Below, piece by piece: positions 16,411 to 29,490 of a DNA stretch of 64,000 nucleotides; the stretch's first letter is position 1, and the number at the start of each line of letters is the position of its first letter. A model generated the notes under the pieces. That model was not told where the DNA came from and searched no databases. It was given only the letters and a program-made list of their open reading frames with translations. A program made the position numbers and the translations under genes. Source of the DNA: the human T2T-CHM13v2.0 reference genome, Homo sapiens. The DNA lies in NCBI RefSeq assembly GCF_009914755.1, contig NC_060937.1, one strand, 5' to 3'.

Positions 16411-18713
16411 CTACCCCTTGGTCTCTGGCCATGAACCTCCCACAGAAAAATGATGATATTTGTTATAACATTTACATTTGGTGCAGCATTTATGGCATGT
16501 ATATAGCAATAGCACCAACACAAATATGCCTAACATTTGGAGAAGCCAGTACGGGGATAGATTTAAAGAAACAACTGATTTGTCCTGTAAACCCATTATG
16601 CACTTTTTTATATCCTTGTGTTAATTTTATTATTCTTTCCCCCCTTGACCTACTGTTATTTGTGTCTTATGATAAGCTTGTGAAGAACTGTTTAACACAG
16701 AATTCAGAGGATGATTAGCCAGATCCAGTTCTTCCTCAGGCTAGTAGTTATTGTGCATAAAATAAAAATGGTAATACATAAGCTGTATGTCCTGAAGGAG
16801 CTTTAAGTCAATCTCCCAATACATTTTATAATCAATATTAGTATTGTCATAAGTCTTATTACTTAGTGTAATTGAATCTTACCAACAATGCCAGTATTAC
16901 ACAATATTATAGTATGAACATGGTATAATTCAGTTTCATTACAGAATACACAACAAAGTAGTAAGAATTACAGAGGTATTTGCTTTGCCTTCCCAACAGA
17001 ATCTACAACTGAGGACAAAGCCAATCATCTCATCTCACCTTACAGGCTCAAATCTAGACTGGTTTCCATTGTGTGTTGTTATTATGTAACAGGGCTCTCT
17101 TCCCTCCAATGGGGAAGTCATGAGTAGTATTTAGCAAACTATTCTGGGAGCCAGAACTGTCACAAGACATCAGTGTAAATCAAAAGTGCCTCCAAAGAAT
17201 TTTACATGTTTGGGGAGTCATAAGATTCCCATAGGTGTGCCCCTTGAGCTTCAGGAGCTAGAATAGAGGGCCACTGACTTATGCCCACTTCAGCTTCCAT
17301 GTGTATTAAAATAATTGAGGCCCTATTGGGTCCAGGCACAAATCCTTTCCCAGTACTGGGTTTTAGCAGTACCCTACGTTATTTATTGAGTCTTCGTGAC
17401 CCACTTTGCTAAAGCCTCATTATATTTCCAGGGCTAACTCCCATCATTTGCCCTCCTCGTGGAAGAGAACCCTCTCTATTCTAGTTTTCCTCTGACTGCC
17501 ACTCCTCATTAAAAGCAAACACAGCTTGTCTCAGGATAACTAGACTGACACTTATCACACCAGTGCAGTTAGGATACATGTCTTACACCCCCAGATGTTG
17601 GGTCTTCTGTACTAGAATTAGATGAGAGGTAGTCACTCCTTGATGTACTTTGGTTTGAGTGTGCCATGAGGCCTCCCACAGCGTTTCTTGTCTCTGGGTG
17701 GGACTGTTCCCTAAGGGATCCACCAGGTGATGCTCACTGCTTTAATCCCATCAGGGACCCATTGTATTTCTCTATTTTACTTGGTAGTTTTACATCTACA
17801 AAACAAGGATGATGTACATTTGTGCATAGCACACAGTGACATGTTGGGCTGGCTGCTGTTACGATTTGCCCATTTTAATCAGATACATTTCTAGGCATTT
17901 GGTTACACAGCGATCAGTCTGTTGGGAGCTACAACATCACAGAGTTTGAAGTCCCAGTAGGAAGAAGTTCTCAGAAATTCCCTCCCAAATAATGTCTACC
18001 TTTTGAGGTACAGGTAGCCTGAGAAGTAGGAGTCCAAGGCATTGGCATATTATTAAAGTTTCATTTAGTTATTAACAGCTTGTCCAGTTTCCCATCATAT
18101 CGTATGACCAGAATGTCTCTTAGTGATGTCAGTCAGGTTTGTAGACTGCTGTTCAACCTTGCCAGTTTCCAAAAACTAGGCCTTGGCAAACATATAGCTT
18201 CATTTTCTTGGACATCTGGTATAATTGTGCTGAAATACAATATTATTCTCTTGCTCTGAGCTTCATAATGTTGGATTTCTCTGGTTGCATAACCCAATTA
18301 TTTATTCTTTTACTCCAAACTACTATTTCTCCCTCTCCTCATGTGTTATTTATTTTTATCCACACTTTTTCTAATATCCTTGGGAGAGGACATTAGGTTT
18401 GGCCACTATGCTGGCCCAGATTGCTAGTAGCAGTACCAGTGTAGCAAGGGCTTCTCCATCAGTCTACCCCCAACCATATGGGGCAGGGTTACATAGGTAT
18501 GGAATTAGTGAGATATACCTGACCACTTGGCATCACAGTAACATTCACTGTTAACCCCAACTTTGCCAGATGGGGTGAAGGCACAATCTACTCTATTAGG
18601 CCCTTAGGAATTTTGACACAATGGTCTAAAGGTATATTACAGCTTCTTGCTTAAAATGCAACCCTGCTTCTGGCACCCACAGTTGCATTCCTGTCCCTGG
18701 GATGACTGATACC
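16411..18713 (-). mobile_element. ERVL-class (class III) retroviral internal fragment: dUTPase remnant, env-like remnant, PPT; no LTR
   Basis: Minus-strand translation near 18700-18420 gives dUTPase-like GMQLWVPEAG..IPLDHCVKIPKGLIE*IVPSPHLAKLGLTVNVTVMPSG..LCNPAPY..GEALATLVLL; ends in ACCAAGGGGTAG, like the ERVL polypurine tract. Confidence 0.75.
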
Positions 18714-19330
18714 AAATTTTGAAGAAGAAATGTGACTTAAAATAGTGTAAGTAGATAACTTGTCAACTGAAATATAAAGGCAATTGTCAGACAATTTCAA
18801 CATACAAATAAAAGGAAGAAAAGAATATCTATAATTTTTCTCCAAAAATACTTGATGACAAAGAGCAGCCAACAGAAATATAAGTGGAAAAGATTCAAGG
18901 AAAGGAGCACACAGTACTAAGAGACAATGGAGAGCCATGTCTGCAAAATTCTCTGGGAAAGGAAGTTATACTAAAAAACAAATGGTTCTTTGATATATCG
19001 TCAAAGCTAGACATTTACAAGAAACATTACCTTGCTGCATGAGATGGGTGTGAGCCTTTCTAAAAAAAAAAAAAAAGGAAAAAAAGAACACAACTGATGA
19101 TGGAATCAAGCCCACCAAGAAGTAAATATCTTTAAAAAATCAGGGATGGAGAGGCTGATGCTGATGTAAAAGGAGTGGTGGTGATAATTGAGAACATTTA
19201 AGTATAGAATAAAGATTAATGGTGGGAAATATATTAACGAGATAGAATGTAAGTGTTATGAACCTTGACACATTTTAAAGCAACAGTATAGCTGACAAAA
19301 TCTTGAAGAATGGAGGCTCAAATAAATGGG
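18714..19330 (+). mobile_element. Ancient HAL1/L1 ORF1-like region, right part
   Basis: AAATTTTGAAGAAGAAATGTGAC...AAATATAAAGGCAA...ACTTGATGAC continues the sequence broken at 16410. Confidence 0.5.
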
Positions 19331-19409
19331 GAGCCAACATACCATAGCACATTTGTTACAGTATGGACTCTGGATCCAGACCACCTCTCTTTGATTCTCA
19401 ACTCTGTCA

Positions 19410-19708
19410 TTTTTTTTTAACTTTTATTTTAAGTTCAGGGGTACATATGCAGGTTTGTTACATAGGTAAACTTGTGTCATGGGAGTTTGTTGTACAGATT
19501 ATTTCATCACCCAGTTATTAAGCCTAGTAACCATTAGTTATTTTTCCTAATCCTCTCCCTCCTCCCAACCTCCACCCTCCAAAAATCTCCGGTGTGTGTT
19601 GTTCCCCTCTATGTGTCCATGTGTTCTCATCATTTAGCTCCCATATATAAGTGAGAAAATGTGGTATTTGGTTTTCTGTTCCTGCGTCAGTTTCCTCAGG
19701 ATAATGGC
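19410..19708 (-). mobile_element. L1PA13/14-like 3' end (about 300 bp) inserted in a MIR
   Basis: TTTTAACTTTTATTTTAAGTTCAGGGGTACATATGCAGGTTTGTTACATAGGTAAAC is the reverse complement of an older L1PA tail; MIR-like flanks at 19355-19409 and 19710-19780. Confidence 0.88.
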
Positions 19709-19849
19709 TGTTTTCTAGCTTTGAATTTGTCAGAAAGTCAGTTAATCTTTCTGTACCTCAGTTTCATATTTTTCCCAAGACTGGAGAAAATCTTGCCCAA
19801 AAAGATCATGGTGATGATCTTCAAAATTTTGTCATTCTTTGACTCATTC

Positions 19850-20520
19850 TCTGACCTACCTTCTCAACCACTACACTTGGATATCAAGAATTCAGATAAC
19901 ACTCAACATGTTCACTAGCAACCTCTAGAATTTACCCCTCAAACCTAATCCTCTGCATATCTGTAAATGTAGGCCAAATTTTTTTGTAATTATGCTTGGC
20001 CTTTTTGTCTTTCTCAAACATCTCACATCTAATCCATCAGCAAATTCTGTCAGCTCTACTTTCAAAACACATCTAAAACCCAACTGCTTCTCACCATCTT
20101 AACTGCTAGCACCCAAGTCCCAGTCTCCCTCACCTTTCCCATGTGAGTGTGGTAGCCCTAACTGGTCTCCACACTTCCTCACTTGCTTCCATTTTAGTCT
20201 AGTCTCAATCCATTAGTTAAAATGCTTACTATAAAAAGTCAGGTAATTTCATTCTGTTGCGCTAAATGGCTTCCCATCTCACTCAGAATAAAATCCAAAG
20301 TCAATACTACAGCCACGATACCTCCATAATTGTTCTGACTCACCTGCCCTCTGTCTGTTCCGCTTATTGCTCTCTAGCCACACTGGCCTTTTTCTGATTC
20401 TGAAACATGTTGAAGCGTTTCCACTAGCTGCTCCACCAGCCTGAAATGATCTTCCAGATATCTAAATAGCATCATGATCACATTTCATTCACATGTCTGC
20501 TCAGATTACATTTACTCAGA
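19850..20520 (+). mobile_element. L2a LINE, left part, split by L1MA3
   Basis: AATCCATCAGCAAATTCTGTCAGCTCTACTTTCAAAA; ATGGCTTCCCATCTCACTCAGAATAAAATCCAAAGTC. Confidence 0.85.
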
Positions 20521-23500
20521 AAGGTTTTTTTTTAATTTTTAATTTTTGTGAGTATATAATAGGTACATACTCACAAAAGTAGGTATATACTTATGGGGTA
20601 CAAGAGATATTTTGATACAGGCATACATTGTGTAAGAGTCATATCAGGGTAAACGGGGTATAATCTCCTCTAGCATTTATTCTTTCTTTGTGTTAAAAAC
20701 AATCCAATGGCAATCCTTTAGTTACTTTAAAATGTTAAATAAATTAATTTGACTGTAATCATCCTGCTGCGCTATGAAATACTAAATCTTACTAATCCTA
20801 ACTATATTTTTGTACCCATTAACCATCCCCCATTCCCCTGTACTGCCCTTTCCAGATGCTGGTAAACATTACTCTATTCTTTATCTCCATGAGTTTAACT
20901 GTTTTAATTTTTAGCTCCCACAAATAAGTGTGAACATATGAAGTTTGTCTTTCTGAGCCTGGCTTATTTCACATAACATAAAGACCTCCAGTTCCAACCA
21001 TTTTATTGCAAATGACAGGATCTCATTATTTTTGATGGCTAAACAACACTCCATTGTGGTACATGTACCACATTTTCTTTATCCATTTGTCTGTTGATGG
21101 ACACTTAGATTGCTTCCAAATCTTGGCTATGGTGAACAGTGCCGCAATAAACGTGGGAGTGCAGATATCTCTTTGATAGACTGATTTCCTTTCTTTTGAG
21201 TATATACCTAGCAGTAGGATTTCTGGATCATAAGGTAGCTCTACTTTTAATTATTTTTAGGAGCCTCCAAAATGTTCTTCATAGTGATTGTACTAATTTA
21301 TATTCCTACCAACAGTGTGTGAGTTCTTTTTCTCCACATTCTTGCCAGTATTTGTTATTGTCTGTCTTTTGGATAAAAGCCATAACTAGGGTAAGATGAT
21401 ATCTCATTGAGGTTTTGATTTGCATTTTTGTGATGGTTAATGATGTTGAGCACTTTTTCGTATACCTGTTTGTCATTTGTATGTCTTCTTTTGAGAAATA
21501 GTTATTCATATTTTTGCCCATTTTTAAAATTGAATTATTAAATTTTTTTCCTATAGAATTGTCAGCTTTTCATATATTCTAGTTATTCATCTATTGTCAA
21601 GTAGATAGTTTTAGAATATTCTTTCCCATTATATGGATTGTCTCTTTATTGATTATTTCCTTTGCTGTGAAGAAGCTTTTTAGCTTGATGTGATCCAATT
21701 TGTCCATTTTTTCTTTGGCTGGCTGTGTTTGTGGCGTATTACTCAAGAAATCTTTGTCCAGTCCCATGTCTGGAGAGAGTCCTCAATGGTTTCTTGTAGT
21801 AGCTTCATAGTGTGAGATCTTAGATTTAAGTCTTTAATCCATTTTGATTTGATTTTTGTACAGGTCAAGAAGTGAGGTCTAGTTTCATTCTTCTGCATCT
21901 AGATATCCGCTTTTCCCAGCACTATTTATTAAAGAGACTGTCTTTTCCCCAATATATGTCTTTTCTTTTGGCACCTTTATAAAAAATGAGTTCACTGTAG
22001 GTGTATGCATTTATTTCTGGGTTCTCTATTATGTTCCATTGGCCTATGTGTCTGTTTTTATGCCAGAACCATGCCATTTTGTTTACTATAATTTTGTACT
22101 ATAATTTGAAGTCAGGTAATGTGATTAGTTCAGTTTTTTTTTTCTTTTTTTTCTCAAGATAGGTTTGGCTATTCTGGGTCTTCTGTGGTTCCATATAAAT
22201 TTTAGGATTGTTTTTTCCATTTCTCCAAAGAATGTCATTGCTATTTTGATAGAGATTGCTTTAAACCTGTAGACTGCTTTAGGTAGTATGGATATTTTAA
22301 CAATATTGATTCTTCAAATCCATGAACATGAAAAACCTTTCCATTTTTTTGTGTCCTCTTCAATTTCTTTCATTAATGTTTTATAGTTTTCATTGGAAAG
22401 ATCTTTTACTTCCTTGGCTAAGTTTATTCCTAGGTATTTTATTTTATTTGTAACTATTGTAAATGGGGTTCCTTTCTTGATTTCTTTTTTTTGATTGTTT
22501 GCTGTTAACATATAGAAATACTACTAATTTTTTTATCTATATTGATTTGGTATCCAGCAACTTTACTAAATTTGTTTATTAGTTCTAATAGTTTTTTGGT
22601 AGAGTATTTAGGTTTTTCCAAATATAAGATCATATAGTCTATAAACAAGGATAATTTGACTTCTCCTTTTCCAATTTGGATGCCCTTTATTTCTTTCTCT
22701 TGTCTTGTTGCTCTACCTAGGACTTCTAGTAGTATGTTAAATAATGGTGGTAAAAGTGATCATCCTTGTCATGTTCTGGATCTTAGAGGAAAGGGTTTTA
22801 GTTTTCCCCCATTTAGTATGATGCTAACAGTAGGTCTGTCATATTTGGCTTTTATTGTGTTGAGGTATGTTCCTTCTATACCCAGTTTATTGGTGACTTT
22901 TTTATCCTAAGGGGATATTGAGTTTTATCAAATGTTTTCTTAGCATCAGTTGAAATGTTCATATGGCTTTTGTCCTTCGTTCTGCTGGTATGATGTATCA
23001 CATTGATTGATTTACATATGTTGAACCATCCTTGCATCCCTGGGATTAATCTTGCTGGGTCATGATAAATGATCTGTTTAATGTGTTTTGGAATGCAGTT
23101 TCCTAATATTTTGTTGAGGATGTTTACATCAGTGTTCATCAGGGATATTGACCTAGTTTTCTTTTATTGAGATGTCTTTGTCTGTTTTGGTGTCAAGGTA
23201 ATACTGGCCTCATAGAATGAGTTTGGAAGTATCCCCTCCTCTATTTTTCAGAATAATTTGAGTGGGATTGGTATTAGTTCTTCTTTTAATGTTTGGTAAA
23301 ATTTAGCAGTGAAGCCACTGGGTCCTGGGCTTCTCTTTGCTGAGTAACTTTTTATTACATCTTCAATATTGTTATTTATTATTGCACTGCTCCAGTTTTG
23401 AATTTCTTCATGGTTCAGTCTTGGTAGGTTGTATGTGTCTAGGAATTTATCTATTTCTTTTAGGTTTTCCAATTTATTGCCATATAGTTGTTCATAGTAG

Positions 23501-25140
23501 CCTCTAGTGATCCTTTGAATTTCTGCAGCATCACTTGCAATGTCTCTTTTTTCATCCCTGATTTTATTTATTTTGGTCTTCTTTTTTTCTTTGTCTAGCT
23601 GAAGGTTTGTCAGTTTTGTCAACCTTCTCAAAAAAAAAAAAGAAAACTTTTTGTTTCATTGATCTTTGTTTTTTTTTTCTTCATTTCAATTTCTTTTATT
23701 CTGCGTCAATCTTTATTATTTATTTTCTTGTACTAGTTTTGGGTTTGGTTTGCTCTTGTTTTTCTAGTTCTTTAAGATGCCCAATTAGGTTGTTTATATG
23801 AAGTCTTTACTTTTTTGATGTAGGAGCTTATAGCTATAAACTTTCCTCTTAGTACTGCTTTTGATGCATCTCATAGCTCTTACATCATGTTTCCATTATT
23901 ATTTGTTTCAAGAAATTTTAAAGTTTCTTTATTGACCACTGGTACTTTAGGAGTATATTATTTAATTTCCATGTGTTTGTATGGTTTTCAAAATTCCTCT
24001 TGCTTTCGATTTCTAGTTTCATTTTATTGTGGTCAGGGAAGGCACTTGATAGAATTTCATTTTTTTTTTGAATGTTTAAAGATTTGTTTTGTGGCCTAAT
24101 ATATGGTCCATCCTTTAGAATGATCCATGAGCTGAAGAGAAGAATGTATATTCTGCAGCTCCTGGATGAAATGTCCTGTAAATACCTATTAGATCCATTT
24201 AGTTTATAGCACAGATTAAGTCTGATGTTTGTTGATGATCTGTCTGGATAATCTGTCCAAAGCTGAAAGTATGTCGTCAAAGTCTCTAGCTAATATTATA
24301 TTGGTCTCTCTCTACCTCTAATAACATTTTCTTTTATATATGGGTGCTCCAATGATGTATATATATATTTACAATTGGTATATTCTCTTGCTGATTGGAT
24401 CTCTTTGTCATTATATAGTGACTTTGTCTCTTTTCATAGTTTTTGTTTTGAAGTCTATTTTGCCTGACATAAGTGTAGCTACTCCTGCTCTTTTCTGGTT
24501 TCCATTTGCTTGGATTATTTCTTTTCATGCCTTTATTTTTGGTCTACTTATGTCTGTAGGTAAGTGTGTTTCTTGTAGGCAACAAATCATTGGGTCTTTT
24601 TCAAAAATCCATTTAGCCACTCTATGTTTTTTGATTGGATAGTTTAGTTTAGTCCATTTACATTATTATTATTGATAAGTAGAACTTACTCCTGCCATTT
24701 TGTTATTTGTTTTCTGATTGTTTTGTGATCTTCTCTTCCTTCTTTCCTTCTTCCTGTCTTCCTTCTATTTAAGGTGTTTTTTGCTGGTGGTATGTTTTAA
24801 TTTCTTGCTTTTTATTTTTTTTGTGTATATGTTGTGTTTTTTGACTTGGGGCTACCATGAGGCTTCCAAATACTATCTTATAACCTATTATTTTAAATTT
24901 ATGACAATGCTATTGCATAAGTAAACAAATAAGCAAAGAAAAACTAATAAAACCTCTACACTTTAAATTCATCCCCTGCTTTTTAAGTTTTTGTTGTTTC
25001 TATTTACATATTATTGCACTCTGTATGTCATGAAAAGTGATTTTAGTTATTTTTGATCAGTTCATCTCTTAGTCTTTCTACTCAAATTATGAGTAGTTTA
25101 TATACCATGATTACGGTGTTATAATATTCTGTTTTTTTAA

Positions 25141-25485
<345 letters not shown>

Positions 25486-28115
25486 ATTCACATGATTTCT
25501 TATTGATCATTAACATACTTTTCTTTCAGATTGAAGAACTTCCTTTACCATGTTTTTGCAGGACATGTCTGGTGTTAATGAGATTCCTCAGCTTTTGTTT
25601 GCTTGGGAAAGTTTTTATTTCTGCTTCATGTTTTGAAGGATATTTTCACAGGATATACTTTTCTAGGATAGAAGTTTTTTCATTCAGCACTTTAAATATG
25701 TCATTCCAATCTCTCCTGACAATAAGGTTTCCACTGAAAAGTCTCCTGCCAGATATATAGAAACTCCATCGTATGGTATTTGTTTCCTTTTTCTTGGCTG
25801 CTTTTAGGATCCTTTCTTTATCTTTGAACTTGGGGAGTTTGATTATTAAATGTCTTGAGATAATCTTTGGATTAAATCTGCTTGGTGTTCTATAACCTTC
25901 TTATACTTGAATATTGATATCTTTCTCTAGGTTTGGAAAGTTCTCTGTTATTATCCCTTTGAATAATTTTTTTACCTTGATCTCTCACTTTCTATCCTCT
26001 TTAAGGCAATAACTCTTAGATTTGCCCTTTTGAGACTATTTTCTAGATCTTGTAGTCATGCTTCACTCTTTTTAAATTTTTTATTTTGTCTTCTCTGACT
26101 GTGCATTTTCAGATAGCCTGTCTTCAAGCTCACTAATTCTTTCTTCTGCTTGAGAATTCTGCTATTAAGAGACTCTGATGTATTCTTCAGAATGTCTATT
26201 GCATTTTTAACTCCAGAATTTCTACTTGATTCTTTTTAATTATTTCAATCTTATTGTTAAATTTATCTGATAGGATTCCAAATTCCTTATCAGTGTTATT
26301 TTGAATTGCATGGCGTTTGCTCAAGATAGCTATTTTGAATTCTCTTTCTGAATGGTCACATATCTCTGTATCTTCAGTATTGGTCCCTGGTGCCCTATTT
26401 AGTTTATTTAGTGAGGTCATGTTTCCTGCATGGTCTTGATGCTCATCAGTGTGTGGGCCTGGAACAGTTAAGTATTTATGGTAGTCTTCACAATTTGGGC
26501 TTGTTTGTACCCGTCCTTCCCCAGAAGGCTTTTCAGGTATTCAAAGGGACTTGAGTATTGTAATCTGTTTTTGGCCACTGCAAATGTATATGCACTAGGA
26601 GACATCACAAGTCCAGTAACACTATTGCTCTTGCAGACACCTAGAGGTACCACCTTGGTAGTCTTGGATAAGATACCAAAGAATTATCACAGAGACTCTT
26701 TTTCTCTCCTTTTACTTTCTCCCAAACAGAGTCTCTCTTTCTGTGCTCAGCTGTCTGGAGCTGTAGGAGGAGTGACACAAGCACCCCTGTGGCCACCACC
26801 ACTGGGACTGTGCTGGGTTAGATCTGAAGCCAGCACAATACTGGGTCTTACTCGAAGCCTACGGTAATCATTCCCTGGCTACCACCTATGTTCACGCAAG
26901 GCCCTAGGGCTCTGCAATCAGTAGGTGGAAAAGATAGCCAGGCTTGTGTCTTTCCCTTCAGGGTAGCAAGTTTCTCCCAGCCAGGCTGAGTCCAGACATG
27001 CCATCTGAGAGCCAGGGCTGGAAAGCAAGTACCACCTGGGCACTGCTGATGTTTGCCCAAGGTCCAAGGGCTCTTCGATCAGTTTGCGGTAAATGTTGCT
27101 AGGCTTGGAACTTTCCCTTCAGGACAGTGGGCTCCCCTGTAGCCCAGGGAAGGTCCAGAAATACCATCCAAGAGCAATGGCCTGGAATAGAGGACCTCAA
27201 GTGCTCTACCCCACTGTGCTTGGGCTGGTACCTAAGCTGCAAAACAAAGTCCCTTTTGCTTTTTCTTCTCCTTTTCTTAAGTAGTAGGAGTTTATCTCCA
27301 TAGACACCACAATTTGGAATGTGTTGGGTCACACCTGAAGCCAGCACATGTCTCAGTCTCATCCAAGGCCTGCAGAGAGTACTAGCTAGGTACCGTTGTT
27401 GATTATTGAGGGTCTAAGGGCTCTTTAGTCAGCATGTGATGACTCCTGCCAAGAATAGGTTCTTCTTTTCCTGCTAAGGCAGTGGATTCCCTTCTGACCC
27501 AGGGTTTGTCTAGAAATGTCATCTGGGAGCTAGGACCTGAAATCTGGGCCTCACAACTGTGCATGTTTTCTGATTCTACTGTGGCTGAGCTGGTATCCAA
27601 GTTGTAAGACAAAGTACTCTTCTCTCTTCTCTCCTCAACTGGAGGGAAGTAGTCTTTCTTGGAGCTGTGAGCTGCTCTCCCTGGGGTTGGGGAATGGGTG
27701 GCACAAAGTCTACCTTGGCTACCCCAGTTGGTGTCTCACTAGTTTTCATGCCCCTCAAGTCCACTGGCTCCAACCCTGGCACAGCACCAGGACTTGCCCA
27801 GTAATTGCTATCCTTATGGGCCAGACTGCTTTTCAAGTTTCTTTAGGATCCCAGAGCCCTTTAGCCTGAGGGAGTGGGGTTTCCTGAAACTCAGGTTCCC
27901 ACCACTGGGATAAACAATGACCTTCTGGCTAAGAATGATCTAAACGCTCCCTTCATCAGCACCAGTTGAGTTCTGCCCAGTATTGTTTTCTGCTGTGACA
28001 GGGCATCTCTGAGTTACAGTGCAAAGTCCCACAGTCACTGCATTCTCCCTCCCTCAAGTGCACACATTCTCTCTCTGTGCCATATGGCCGCTGCCAGGAA
28101 ACAGGAGAGATGTGG

Positions 28116-28485
28116 TGTATCAGTCCATTTTCATATTGCTATAAAGAACTGCCCAATTCTGGGTAATTTAAAAAGGAAATAGAGTTAATTAATTCACAGT
28201 TCAGCATGGCTGGGGAGCCTCAGGCATCATGGTGGAAGGCTAAGGGGAAGCAAGGCCCCTTCTTTACAAGGCAGCAGGAAGGAGAAGTGCTGAGTGAAGG
28301 GGGAAGAGCCCCTTTTAAAACCATCAGATCTCGTGAGAACTCACTCAGTATCATGAGAATAGCATGGGGGAAACCGCCCCCATGATCCAATTACCTCCAC
28401 CTGGTCTCTCCCTTGACATGTGGGGATTATGGGAATTATAATTCAAGATGAGATTTGGGTGGGGACACAAAGCCTAACCACATCA
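28116..28485 (-). mobile_element. THE1C-like MaLR solo LTR
   Basis: TGTATCAGTCCATTTTCA...AGCCTAACCACATCA termini; flanks TGTGG/GGTGG (4 of 5 TSD). Confidence 0.92.
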
Positions 28486-28535
28486 GGTGGTGATGGCAAT
28501 TCAAGACTGTCTTTGCTACCTCTTCAGTGTTTCTC

Positions 28536-28706
28536 TCAATGATATTTAAAATCAGGTACTGGTTTCAATGATATTTAAAACCAGATACTGGATTCAATGA
28601 TATTTAAAACCAGGTGCTGGTTTCAATGATATTTAAAACCAGGTGCTGGTTTCAATGATATTTAAAACCAGGTGCTGGTTTCAATGATATTTAAAACCAG
28701 GTACTG
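28536..28706. repeat. Minisatellite, 29-bp unit x about 5.9 (TCAATGATATTTAAAACCAGGTGCTGGTT)
   Basis: Units start at 28536, 28565, 28594, 28623, 28652 and 28681; units 3-5 are identical. Confidence 0.97.
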
Positions 28707-28837
28707 TGATTGCTCACCTGATTTTTGTTTTTTATGAAGGTGCTTTTTTGTGTGTGGGTAGTTGTTCAGTTTAGTTTTCCTGAGGGAGTGAAGAATGATG
28801 AAAGTTTCTTTTTCGCTATCTTGCTCCACTCTCCATC

Positions 28838-29200
28838 CAGAAAGTTTTTTCTTGATTCAAAACAAAAAAGCACCCAATTTTCATTCTCTATCTTTATCCT
28901 ACATATTTATTTCATAAAATATACCACTGCTTGCTATAATTTGTATACATTACATTTAATATGTTTATGTCTCTGTGTTTTCCAAATATATATTGTGCAA
29001 ATTACATTTTTATATACATCTATATGTAAATGAAATATATTTGGTAACTTATCATCTCTGTGAGTGCACACACACACACATACACACACTAGAATGTAAA
29101 CTATGAGAAGAGGAACTTTTTTCTTCAGTGTTATAATACCTATACTTAGCACAGTGCCTGGTGTATAGTGAGTATCTTCACTAAATATTTATTTAAAGAA
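28838..29200 (+). mobile_element. L2a 3' end (right part), with a short (CA)n near 29067-29089
   Basis: CTAGAATGTAAACTATGAGAAGAGGAAC...TTAGCACAGTGCCTGGTGTATAGTGAGT...TAAATATTTATT, an L2a tail. Confidence 0.8.
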
Positions 29201-29304
29201 TATTCAGTTAAGGGAAATCAAAGATATCCATTGAATATTCACGTAGCTAATAAAATACATTGTTAAGCTAATAGCAACTATTTTAAATCAAAACAATAAC
29301 AACA

Positions 29305-29490
29305 GATACACAGTTCATCCTCATAGCTTTGTGGATGTGAAAAATGAGACCCAGAGAGGTTAAATACTTTACCAAGGGCAGTCATGAGGTGTAGTAGGGG
29401 GCATGGACTTTGGAATCAGGCAGAAATAGAATTAACTGTTTCTCGGCTGAGTGACCTTAGGAAATTAATTTATCATCATTGGCCCTTTAT
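29305..29490. mobile_element. Two MIR fragments in opposite orientation
   Basis: AAAATGAGACCCAGAGAGGTTAAATACTT (minus) then GCATGGACTTTGGAATCAGGCAGA...GTGACCTTAGGAAATTAATTTA (plus). Confidence 0.6.

Noticed and set aside
26830-27700. Three diverged 200-300 bp repeats (CAAGG..C.AGGGCTCT...TCAG)
   Set aside because: They lie in the L1MA3 5'UTR and, as I recall, are an intrinsic feature of L1M1-type 5'UTRs rather than locus-specific.
28536-28706. Palindromic 29-bp repeats as a CRISPR array
   Set aside because: The units are head-to-tail with no spacers, there are no cas genes, and the context is a primate L1.
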